Below are positions 9,521 through 17,946 of a DNA stretch of 50,962 nt, in pieces. The stretch spans positions 1-50,962 of the forward strand of contig JBIKWQ010000014.1 in the NCBI GenBank assembly GCA_044356215.1, written 5' to 3'. The DNA is from Bdellovibrionota bacterium. GTDB taxonomy: Bacteria; Bdellovibrionota_C; UBA2361; OMII01. Below the pieces are notes generated by a model. It worked only from the letters and a program-made list of their open reading frames with translations. It searched no databases and had not been told where the DNA came from. The translations under genes were made by a program, and so were the position numbers. Position 1 is the first letter of the stretch, and each line of letters begins with the position of its first letter.

Positions 9521-10720
9521 CTACAACACTCTACGCATCATTAAGAGCCCCTTACCCAAGGCTCTCTCGATCCACGGACGGTCTCGCCAGTTTCCAAGTG
9601 TAACCTCTTTGCTAGCTGCACAGTCGATCTCCAATTGAGCCGCCAAAGATCTCACAGCTTCTGCATCACCAAGAACGATATCAGCTTCAAGATCATGAAA
9701 CAGACTCCGGTGGTTTAGATTACTCGAGCCAACGATCCCCCAATCATCAATCACCATCGTCTTGGCATGCATCATTCTCCTATTATACTCGAAAATTCGC
9801 GCTCCCGCCTTTAATAATCCGACATGGAAAGCTGAAGTAACCCAAGGCATGAAAAAAACATCAGATTGCGCGGGCACAACGATACGAACATCGACACCGG
9901 ACTCTGCCGCCACCCCAAGGGCCTTAACCAGATCGGAATCCGGGACAAAATACGCGTTCTCAATCCAGATCCTTTGACGAGCGCCTAGGATCTTAACCAA
10001 TAGGTCTAGATAATTATCTCTCCGTTGAGAGCGCCTAATATTTAACCGCACCAGCACGCCTGATGAGATCGCCTGCCTGACCTTTCTTGCCAATCTTCTC
10101 CGACCAAGTCGCCTCTGCCAGAGCTCATTAAAACTATCGGCAAGAACCGAGACCTCACCCCCACTCACCATGGCGCCCGCATCGCGCCAAGCTAGCGCTC
10201 CTACAAACTCAGCGCAGTGATACTCGATAATATTAAGACTACCAACAAATGCCTTAAAGGAATCGACTATACACACCTTGCGGTGGTTTCGGCTGTTGAT
10301 TCTCGTGAAGACTTTGGAGAGTGAGCGCCCCTTGGGCAGAATCTTCTTTCCTCGAAACCACCGCTCCCATGGAAGCTCATGAAATATCCTAAGTAGGATC
10401 CCCGAACTGTGACATCTTCGTCTAAGATAAGGCAGCCATGTGCTAGAGCCGATCCCGTCAACGATTATCCGAACATCGACTCCCCTTTTAGCCGCATGGC
10501 CGAGCTCCGTTAAAATTCGCTCGCCTAACCGGTCGTTAGAGAAGATATAGCTCTCGATATGGATAGATCTCCGTGCGCTTTGGAATTCAGCGATCATCGC
10601 ACGGAAGAAGTCGTCGCCTTCGAAGAACAGCTGCAGGTTGCTCCAGGAGGAGGAGGTTGGAGTGGAAAGAGGAGTATCGGATCTGACACCCTCAATATCG
10701 TTAGTTGTACTTGAAGACAC
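9521..10720 (-). CDS. clsB: Cardiolipin synthase ClsB-type (phospholipase D family)
   Basis: Two HxK motifs (RNHRKVCIVD, MHAKTMVIDD), ESYIF, AYFVP. Confidence 0.85.
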   Translation of the reverse strand: MSSSTTNDIEGVRSDTPLSTPTSSSWSNLQLFFEGDDFFRAMIAEFQSARRSIHIESYIFSNDRLGERILTELGHAAKRGVDVRIIVDGIGSSTWLPYLRRRCHSSGILLRIFHELPWERWFRGKKILPKGRSLSKVFTRINSRNHRKVCIVDSFKAFVGSLNIIEYHCAEFVGALAWRDAGAMVSGGEVSVLADSFNELWQRRLGRRRLARKVRQAISSGVLVRLNIRRSQRRDNYLDLLVKILGARQRIWIENAYFVPDSDLVKALGVAAESGVDVRIVVPAQSDVFFMPWVTSAFHVGLLKAGARIFEYNRRMMHAKTMVIDDWGIVGSSNLNHRSLFHDLEADIVLGDAEAVRSLAAQLEIDCAASKEVTLGNWRDRPWIERALGKGLLMMRRVL

Positions 10721-10947
10721 CTGCGTACCTTAAGTGGGACGTTGACTAAGTAGTATACATCATAAGTCGTTAGTCGATCGTGAAAACCCTGCTCAAAAAG
10801 ATAGGGTCCGGACATTTCCTCCCCCCTGTCCCACTTAAATACACCTGACCTATTCCGCTCCAGCCCTAACTAACTGAATACACGTGAATTTATCGACTCA
10901 CGTCTTTTCCGCCCAAAAATACCTCGTAATTACAACCCATTACCCCT

Positions 10948-10963
10948 TGGCAAACCCCTTGCA
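10948..10963 (+). promoter_or_regulatory. Sigma54 (-24/-12) promoter
   Basis: TGGCAAACCCCTTGCA: GG(10949-50)-N10-GC(10961-62), matching TGGCAC-N5-TTGCA at all but one position. Confidence 0.75.
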
Positions 10964-10973
10964 ATAGCCAGGG

Positions 10974-11326
10974 TATGAAGTCGAAATACGAAACTCAAAA
11001 TACTCTGATCTTTAATGCCGGACGACCTTTGAGGTTCGTATTCAGCGTCTGCTTACGTAATAAGGTAGCCCAGTTGCCGAAAAGCGGAAGCACTTTGGCC
11101 GAAACGGGAGATTACTCTTTAGATCTGGTGATAAAAAACATCAGTCAGATAGAATCCCGCCAAGGTGGCGCGAACATTAACCAAAGGAATGCTACACAGT
11201 ACGAAGAACTCGTAATAACACTAAGTGAGAGTTGCGAGGGACGCGAACTAAAATAGCAAACCGAACTTAACTCTCCCCAAGGCATAAGCCGTGGGAGATG
11301 TAAGGTAAAGAAAGGGAGAAGGCGAA
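10974..11326 (+). ncRNA. Candidate structured RNA or long 5' leader
   Basis: Several stems: 10985-10999/11028-11042 (14 of 15 pairs), 11091-11099/11159-11167 with nested helices, CTCGTAA/TTGCGAG, TCTCCC/GGGAGA. Lies downstream of the sigma54 promoter. Confidence 0.5.
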
Positions 11327-11668
11327 ATGGAATCGAATATCATTGAACGCTTGTTCGCATCGTTTACTGAACTTGAGGGAGCGATCACCAAGGCTCGTGA
11401 GACGTTTAAATCGCGACCGACGATACCGGACTCAGTAATTAGACGCCTTGAATCCTACGACACGATTCTGGCCAAGCAGCGCTCATTAGCTGTATCTCTA
11501 TGCGAGGCTATCTCGCGTAAGAACTGGGATGAGGTCAACCGTAACGTTGGCTTAATCAACGGACTCTCTGTCATGATTCGCGATGACGCTAAGGCGATCC
11601 TAGCCGCGGTAGCGGTGAAGGACGAGGTTGAGCAGGTTGAGTTAGATGAGACTGAGAACTTCTGCTAG
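11327..11668 (+). CDS. Small helical hypothetical protein
   Basis: Purine-rich RBS (GGGAGAAGG), amphipathic helices, acidic tail, its own terminator. Confidence 0.85.
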   Translation: MESNIIERLFASFTELEGAITKARETFKSRPTIPDSVIRRLESYDTILAKQRSLAVSLCEAISRKNWDEVNRNVGLINGLSVMIRDDAKAILAAVAVKDEVEQVELDETENFC

Positions 11669-11714
11669 AAACTAAATCAAAATCTCGCCTACGCCATAGG
11701 CGCCGTTTCAAGAC

Positions 11715-11742
11715 AAACCCCGCTTCGGCGGGGTTTCTGTTT
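11715..11742 (+). terminator. Rho-independent terminator
   Basis: AAACCCCGC-TTCG-GCGGGGTTT followed by CTGTTT. Confidence 0.85.
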
Positions 11743-11855
11743 CCCGTAACTAATCACCGGATTTTTTGGGTCGTTCCAGTCATTATATCGCCAAATATGT
11801 TGTCCTCGTGCATCATGTTTTCCTTGATACCCGAGCGCTTCTTTAATATTCTCTT

Positions 11856-12112
11856 TAAGGAAGGCCGGCAAAACCCCTCCCTACTGCGAAAGCGGATCTT
11901 GAGCTGCTCTTCGAGTTTTCGAGATGGGAAAAAATCCTCAATGTATCACAGTGGATACATCTCCGGCCTTCGCTAAAGCTACGGCCGGCGAGGTTTTGTC
12001 GGACCAGACGTAGCCTTGGCGAAGGCTGGTGCGGTTTTTTCCCATCTCGAAAATCGAATATCAACTCAACCTCCACTTTCTCGCTACGGGTAGGTTTTGC
12101 CAGCCTTCCTTA
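11856..12112 (-). mobile_element. MITE-like family A, copy 2 (inverted), TA-flanked, carrying a 68-nt nested hairpin
   Basis: TIR TAAGGAAGGCCGGCAAAACC / GGTTTTGCCAGCCTTCCTTA; body is the reverse complement of 8369-8556 plus an insert at 11963-12030. Confidence 0.9.
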
Positions 12113-12127
12113 GGGAGCGTTGTTCTC

Positions 12128-12784
12128 ATGATTAAAAGATGGATCTCTAAAATAACTGGGAGAGCTTCAAACGTTGCCGCTAAAACGACTAGTGAGATCC
12201 CTGAGAGATTAGACGATCTACTAAGAACCCCCGGGCGCGCGTGCACCGCTACACTTCATTCAGTTGCTCAGTCTCTCTCTAAGGAGGATTTCTTAAATCT
12301 CGTTCACTGTCCTAGCTTGGTAGGGACGGCTGTTAGAGAGGGAGAGCTCGGCAAATCAAGCGCACGGATCGGCGACGCCTTAAATAATCCTACATTTCTC
12401 TTCACCGCCGCTCAGGTGGCATCTTTTGTCGATGGTGTGTCGATCGAGGAGTCTATCTTCCTTTTAAGAAAAGAAGCTAACAGGATATCAAGTCGTCCGA
12501 GCACTCATTTCGCTATCGGCAGAGCTAAGACCAACGATATCAGAATAGTTGATTTCGCCATATCGCGCTCTCACGCGCTAATTGAAAGCACGATAGATGG
12601 ATATAAGATCTCAGACTGCGACTCAAGAAACGGCACAAAGGTAAATGGTCGCACCATAAAACAGAAACCTGAGCTACTTAGCGACCGCGATACGATCACT
12701 CTCGGTCGATACGAGTTTTCGTTTTTACTACCCGAAACTCTCTATGAGAGATTGCGAGTAGGGAATCAGTCAATCTCAAAATAA
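12128..12784 (+). CDS. FHA-domain protein
   Basis: IGRAKTNDI, ISRSHA, D..SRNGTKVNG motifs; start placed at MIKRW, after the MITE. Confidence 0.9.
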   Translation: MIKRWISKITGRASNVAAKTTSEIPERLDDLLRTPGRACTATLHSVAQSLSKEDFLNLVHCPSLVGTAVREGELGKSSARIGDALNNPTFLFTAAQVASFVDGVSIEESIFLLRKEANRISSRPSTHFAIGRAKTNDIRIVDFAISRSHALIESTIDGYKISDCDSRNGTKVNGRTIKQKPELLSDRDTITLGRYEFSFLLPETLYERLRVGNQSISK

Positions 12785-12817
12785 TTTTCGGCCTCCTAAA
12801 TGTTTGGGGAGGGGAAA

Positions 12818-12950
12818 ACACGGAGGAGCACAGAGGATCTCAGAGGACACAGATAACCCCCCATAATTCCCCATAAAATGGCCGTTCTCTGTGTCCTCTG
12901 CGCCCTCTGTGGTGATAAAGAACTGAGACGCCCTAAGTACATAAAGGGAA
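12818..12950. repeat. REP-like family B (CACAGAG(G)ACACAGAG arms), copy 1
   Basis: Arms CAGAGGACACAGA / TCTGTGTCCTCTG...CTCTGTGGTG; homologous to 20900-21019. Confidence 0.85.
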
Positions 12951-12956
12951 TCGACC

Positions 12957-14225
12957 TCACCCTCTCTCCGCATCCGCCGCGCGACGCAACTCTATAACAA
13001 ATGAGCTCCCTTCCCCTACAACGCTACTGACCTTGATAGCTCCATGTAATTTCTCTACCAGCTTCTTTACCGCGGCGAGCCCAACACCGGAGCCCTCAAT
13101 CTTACTCTCACCACCACGTGCGAAGGGCTTAAATATAGAACCCAGATAGTGTTCTGAGATACCTCTTCCATTATCACTTACGACTATCACAGCTCGGCGT
13201 CTTGAGGTCCCCTCAGACATTTTTATAGATACAGATAATGATCTTGATTCATCCCTGTATTTAAGGGCGTTTCCGACTAAATTACTAAAGATCTGATAGA
13301 GCTGTGTCTTGTTTCCAAATACCCAAGGAAGTTTGGCGTCTACATCGATTCGCGCTCCGGCTTGCTCGAATTGCCACGCGAAATCACCTACGACCTCACC
13401 GATTACCTCACTTAAACTAACTGGAGCGGAATCGCGCTCTGTAGTAGAGACCTGCGCTAATTCAAGCACCCCTTTAACTAGAGCCTCTAAGCGAACCACG
13501 GCTTTGTCCATATATTCAAGCGGCTCGTTAAAGTCACCCTCTACACTACTTTTCGTGGCGCTCTCTCTAACGATCTCTAACATCCCCCTTAATGTAACTA
13601 TTGGAGCCTTTAGATCATGCGACAACATGTAGGTTAATTCATTTAAGTCTCTGTTCCTCTCCTCAAGTTTTAACTGCGCGTTTACTGAGGCAGTAACATC
13701 TAAAGTTATAGAGAGCGCCACATATCCATTTAGCTCAGGATCAAAGATGGGAACTGTTCTAGTCTCTAACCAGAGACATAAACCCGAACGGTGATAAAAC
13801 CTGTAGCGCGACTGAAACGATTCACCTGTCGCCACGATCGCCAAGGCTTTCGCTATCGACGCGCGATCATCCTCATGGACATGAGATGTAAAAAATCCGC
13901 CACGCTCATTATTGTATAGCTCTGAGAGCGAATACCCCGTCAGGACCTCCGTATACGGACTGCACCAAAGAACTTTGCCATCTGGATCGTGAATCACGAC
14001 CGCTGCGGCCATATTATCAGTTAGGATCTTATAGCGAGACTCGTTCTCTAGCGCCGATTGCTTAAGGCGTCTAACGCCCTCTGTAAGACGACCAATCGGA
14101 TCTCTAGGCCCCTTATATTGAGCATCGGACCTCTCAACTAATTTTAGTAGCCGCGCTATGCCGATCGCCAGATAAACTAGCACCAAAACAAGCGTCGCTA
14201 TAAAAAACTGTGAGAGCACAGGCAT
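12957..14225 (-). CDS. Membrane-anchored PAS sensor histidine kinase
   Basis: N-terminal TM, PAS (HEDDR), H-box SHDLKAP, N-box NLVGNALKY, G-boxes DNGRGI / GSGVGLA; TGATG overlap with the HDOD gene. Confidence 0.93.
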   Translation of the reverse strand: MPVLSQFFIATLVLVLVYLAIGIARLLKLVERSDAQYKGPRDPIGRLTEGVRRLKQSALENESRYKILTDNMAAAVVIHDPDGKVLWCSPYTEVLTGYSLSELYNNERGGFFTSHVHEDDRASIAKALAIVATGESFQSRYRFYHRSGLCLWLETRTVPIFDPELNGYVALSITLDVTASVNAQLKLEERNRDLNELTYMLSHDLKAPIVTLRGMLEIVRESATKSSVEGDFNEPLEYMDKAVVRLEALVKGVLELAQVSTTERDSAPVSLSEVIGEVVGDFAWQFEQAGARIDVDAKLPWVFGNKTQLYQIFSNLVGNALKYRDESRSLSVSIKMSEGTSRRRAVIVVSDNGRGISEHYLGSIFKPFARGGESKIEGSGVGLAAVKKLVEKLHGAIKVSSVVGEGSSFVIELRRAADAERG

Positions 14226-15154
14226 CACACCTTCCCCCACGCTTCGTAGTTCTGGAATTCCGCGTTAAAATCGAGCACTACCTCTTGCATTAACTTCTTC
14301 TGATCGCGCATATGAACGCCGAAATACGACCAGGCATCTTCTAGTAGAGGTGTATGAATTCTCTGATACGCCACCATGTCACGGGTAGCGCCTAATGAAT
14401 TAGCGTGAGTAATCAGATCGCTTAACTTTACTATACTTGCGAGGCTCCCCTGCTCTTGGTCGCTCCACGGCTTATGGTGATCTCCAATAGCGTCGTAGAG
14501 ATCTCTGGAAAAGTTCCACTTCTCCGCGATCAGTTGACCAACCTGAGTGTGATCGAATGGATAGACCGCCTGCTCCGCTTTGATCGATTCAAGCCCATCA
14601 GCTAATCCTTTCTTGATCACACGCTCATAGTTCTCAACGTGTTGTTGCAGAATTAAAAGCTTACCAACATCGTGCATCAGTCCAGCTAGAAAGATCTGAT
14701 CAACAAGTGATGGAATGAGTGATCTCGCCAACGTTTTAGCGGCTATTCCCGTGGCGATGTTGTGCGCCCAGAATTCCACTCTGAGATAATGCCTCACTGG
14801 AAACAATCCCGATAACGCGGTCGCGTTCATCAGGTTTCGCAGCTCAGCGATGCCTATTACATTCACCGCGTCGACTATTGTCTTACTCCCACCACCTCGG
14901 TCATAAAAAACCGAATTCGCGATCTTTAGAACTCGCGCGGAGAGCCCTTCATCGCCCTCGAGTAGGTCAATAAAATCACGCGCCTCCGCATTTGGGTTAG
15001 TAGCTATCTTAAAAGCCTCCTGAGCAGACCCAGGCATAATTGGAACGGACTTCAATCCGAGAGAGCGGAGGATGCTTTGCCTTAAAGCATCTGCCATAAG
15101 GGTCTCAGGAGATTCTGCAGGAGGTTTCCCAAATTTAAATAGTTTTTTAAGCAT
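14225..15154 (-). CDS. HDOD-domain protein
   Basis: D..LSARVLKIANS, FWAHN, AGLMHDVGKL, DHTQVG...W and HH motifs. Confidence 0.92.
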   Translation of the reverse strand: MLKKLFKFGKPPAESPETLMADALRQSILRSLGLKSVPIMPGSAQEAFKIATNPNAEARDFIDLLEGDEGLSARVLKIANSVFYDRGGGSKTIVDAVNVIGIAELRNLMNATALSGLFPVRHYLRVEFWAHNIATGIAAKTLARSLIPSLVDQIFLAGLMHDVGKLLILQQHVENYERVIKKGLADGLESIKAEQAVYPFDHTQVGQLIAEKWNFSRDLYDAIGDHHKPWSDQEQGSLASIVKLSDLITHANSLGATRDMVAYQRIHTPLLEDAWSYFGVHMRDQKKLMQEVVLDFNAEFQNYEAWGKV

Positions 15155-15202
15155 ATCAACTTATTACTCTATGACCCTGGCGACTCAGACTACTAAGTCT
15201 AC

Positions 15203-15230
15203 GACTCGACCAGAGTGATATTTTTCTTTA
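15203..15230 (-). promoter_or_regulatory. Sigma28-like promoter upstream of the HDOD-kinase operon
   Basis: TAAAG-N15-GTCGAGTC on the minus strand. Confidence 0.45.
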
Positions 15231-15418
15231 GTTGAAAGGGGCTTAGGCGAGGTTAGGCGCCAGCATGGAATGAATAATTTCAAGCTCTTACCCCTCTTCC
15301 TAATTCCAGGGTATTTGCGATAATCTCAGACGCGCAGTAATATCTCCATGTAATTGGGTTCTAATTAACGCGGCACCTCCCAAACCGCCCTAAATTTTTA
15401 GCCGCAATAAAAACACTT

Positions 15419-16759
15419 ATGGTACCGAACTTGGAAACCCTCTCTAGCTTTCACGACACCCTGGTCCTCGTTGTAGACGATGAAGCCAGCATAAGAAGCT
15501 CCCTAAGTGGGATTTTAAAGGATGAGGGAATATCTGTTATTGAAGCCGCCGATGGGGAGAGCGCGATATCGATGTTAATCGAACGCAATCCAGCACTTGT
15601 ACTACTCGATATCTGGATGCCCGGAATCGACGGATTAGAGACCCTCAAGAAGATAAAAGAGATTAGACCAAACACCCCAGTTGTAATGATTAGTGGTCAC
15701 GCTACCATCTCAACAGCGGTGGCCGCGACCAGACTTGGAGCATCCGACTTCTTAGAGAAGCCTCTAGGTCTTACATCAACGATCGAGGTGGTCCGACGCG
15801 CTCTAGAGATCGCTAAGGAACGCCAGGAGTCAACCGGACCAACATGGGAGAAGATCGAGCCCTCCTCTGTAGGTCCACTACGTCAATCACTCAACTTAAA
15901 ACCGATTGTTTTCGCCAATCAAGTAGCTCGCGGCGCGGCAAGACCTCAAAAGACTATCGCTCACGCGGCGATCCTTTACGGACAGGGATTGCACTCTGGT
16001 AGGAAGAGTGGACTGATACTAGAGCCCCTACCCGCCAACTCAGGAATTCACTTCGTTGGAGTATCAGAGACCACCACAGTACCAGCTCACGTTGATTTCG
16101 TTGAATCAACGGGATTTGCCACAACCGTCCGCTTAGGACACACACAAGCGGGAACAATCGAGCACCTGATGTCGGCACTGTGTGCCTACGGAATCTCAAA
16201 CCTTCTAATTAAATGTAACGGCGAAGTTCCAGTGATGGATGGATCGGCGAACGAGTTCTGTAAGCTTTTTGAACAGGTCGGACTAACAGAGCAGGATGGT
16301 GAGTGGTACGAAATAGCGATTAACGAGACTATTCAAGTTGGTAATGAGAAGGAATGGATCCGCATCGAGCCAGCCGATAGTTTTTCTGTTGATTATACCC
16401 TTAGGTATCCAGCTCCTGTCGGTGAGCAGCACTTTACATTTACTTTCAGCGACCCCGCGTCATTCCGCGCTGAGATCGCCCCATCGAGAACCTTTAGTTT
16501 TGTAAAAGATGTAGGCTATCTTCAGAAGCAGGGGCTAGCTTTAGGTGGCAGGTTCGATAATTTTTTACTGATCGGCACTGAAGGCGCGATTAACGACGCG
16601 TGGCGTTTTCCAAACGAGCCGGTGCGCCACAAGATCCTTGATGCTATTGGTGACCTCTATCTTTTAGGGAGACCGCTAAGAGGAAAAGTCACCGCATGCA
16701 TGACCGGCCACTCTGATAATATCGCGCTGCTTAAGAAAGTTAGAGAGTTGTTGGGGTGA
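15419..16759 (+). CDS. lpxC: Receiver domain-LpxC fusion (UDP-3-O-acyl-GlcNAc deacetylase)
   Basis: REC: VVDD, LDIWMPG, ISGH, EKP. LpxC: QKTI, G.GLHSG, TIEHLMSAL, PVMDGSA, IAPSRTF, HKILDAIGDL. Confidence 0.93.
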   Translation: MVPNLETLSSFHDTLVLVVDDEASIRSSLSGILKDEGISVIEAADGESAISMLIERNPALVLLDIWMPGIDGLETLKKIKEIRPNTPVVMISGHATISTAVAATRLGASDFLEKPLGLTSTIEVVRRALEIAKERQESTGPTWEKIEPSSVGPLRQSLNLKPIVFANQVARGAARPQKTIAHAAILYGQGLHSGRKSGLILEPLPANSGIHFVGVSETTTVPAHVDFVESTGFATTVRLGHTQAGTIEHLMSALCAYGISNLLIKCNGEVPVMDGSANEFCKLFEQVGLTEQDGEWYEIAINETIQVGNEKEWIRIEPADSFSVDYTLRYPAPVGEQHFTFTFSDPASFRAEIAPSRTFSFVKDVGYLQKQGLALGGRFDNFLLIGTEGAINDAWRFPNEPVRHKILDAIGDLYLLGRPLRGKVTACMTGHSDNIALLKKVRELLG

Positions 16760-16840
16760 TGGTGGGATTATCTGTAACTAGGGGTTACTTTCAACAGCGG
16801 TCAATCCCTGAATAGGCTTTACATGTAGTGGCCGCGCACG

Positions 16841-16931
16841 TAAACGTCGGTCGTGCTCCTGCTCGTGCACGAAAACGCGAAACGTTCACGTCGACGTTAC
16901 ACGGTGCCGTGCACGAGCAGGTGTACGTTTA
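16841..16931 (+). repeat. Family C palindromic repeat, copy 2
   Basis: CCTGCTCGTGCAC...GTGCACGAGCAGG stem, closed by TAAACGT / ACGTTTA. Confidence 0.85.
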
Positions 16932-16968
16932 CCCCCTTTCCGCCAAACACTACACCAGCCAGCCCAAA

Positions 16969-17050
16969 TTTAACGATTTTACACCGTAAATTCGTTAAAA
17001 CTATTTTTAATTTGCATTTTTTAACGAATTTTAGGATTATAATCGTTAAA
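16969..17050 (+). promoter_or_regulatory. Twin palindromic operators TTTAACGA-N15-TCGTTAAA overlapping the fic promoter
   Basis: Copies at 16969-16999 and 17020-17050; TTGCAT at 17012 and TATAAT at 17038. Confidence 0.8.
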
Positions 17051-17063
17051 CCCAAGGGACGAG

Positions 17064-17936
17064 ATGACAAACTCAGCGAAACGGATCTCCCAGATTATAG
17101 CCCTACGCAAAAGGTTCTTCGCCTCCAAGGTTGGGAAGGATCAGCTCCTTTCTATGATCGACCAGGCTGAGGTCAGTGAACACGTATACAACTCAAACGC
17201 TATCGAGAACAGCACCCTGTCTTTAGAAGAGACGGCGAAAATATTGCAACAGATTGACCTCGACCGCTTCATTTCGGAACGAGAGATATTTGAGGCGAAG
17301 AATCTGGCTCGGGTCGTTCAATACATCTCTAGCAAGGCGCCTGAGCATCAACTAGACCGTGAGATTATCCTTCTTTTACACAAGATGCTTATCTCAAATA
17401 TTCGAGATGAAGTCGCCGGACGATTTCGCGCACTTAACGAGTGGGTGCGAGTAGGGAATCATATTGGGAGCGCCCCCGCTGATATTGAAGCAGGAATTAC
17501 GGCTTTATTAACTACGTATCATGGTGACTCTAGCGAGCCGATCACGAGTCGCCTCGCTCGTTTTCATCTGGAGTTTGAATCAATCCATCCATTCGTTGAT
17601 GGCAACGGAAGAATCGGCCGCGTACTCGTCAATTACCTCCTTATAAGAGAAGGATATGTACCGATTAACATCGCTTTTGTGGATCGTTCCCGATATTACG
17701 ATGCGTTCAGTGAGTATCATAGACAACAGCGTATCAAGACTATGGAGGAGATAATTTTTCGCGCTCTCACTAATAGCTACCACAAGCGGCTAGCGTATTT
17801 GGAGGGACGCGAGATCATTACTCTGAATGCGTACGCCAAAAAACATAAACTCTCGCATGCGAATCTAATAAATAAAGCCAAACGACAAACTATCGAGGCT
17901 TTTGTTGAGCAGGGGGTTTGGAGGATTGGGGATTAA
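17064..17936 (+). CDS. Fic-family protein with inhibitory helix and small C-terminal putative DNA-binding domain
   Basis: HPFVDGNGRIGR; SNAIEN inhibitory motif; C-terminal ITLNAYAK...NLINKAKRQTI...GVWRI. Confidence 0.93.
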   Translation: MTNSAKRISQIIALRKRFFASKVGKDQLLSMIDQAEVSEHVYNSNAIENSTLSLEETAKILQQIDLDRFISEREIFEAKNLARVVQYISSKAPEHQLDREIILLLHKMLISNIRDEVAGRFRALNEWVRVGNHIGSAPADIEAGITALLTTYHGDSSEPITSRLARFHLEFESIHPFVDGNGRIGRVLVNYLLIREGYVPINIAFVDRSRYYDAFSEYHRQQRIKTMEEIIFRALTNSYHKRLAYLEGREIITLNAYAKKHKLSHANLINKAKRQTIEAFVEQGVWRIGD

Positions 17937-17946
17937 TCCCCGCCCC

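Noticed and set aside
10808..10822. Minus-strand GGAGGAAATGTCCGG resembling the RNase P GAGGAAAGUCC motif
   Set aside because: It has an extra base, no downstream RNase P motifs follow, and clsB starts about 90 nt later.
10949..11082. c-di-GMP-I riboswitch-like fragments (GGCAAAC, CAGTTGCCGAA)
   Set aside because: No GAAA tetraloop stem or GACGCAAA in the right order; GGCAAA is better explained as the sigma54 -24 box.
10975..11256. 93-aa ORF starting near the predicted sigma54 +1
   Set aside because: No recognisable motif or RBS and it overlaps dense stems; not called, although leaderless translation cannot be excluded.
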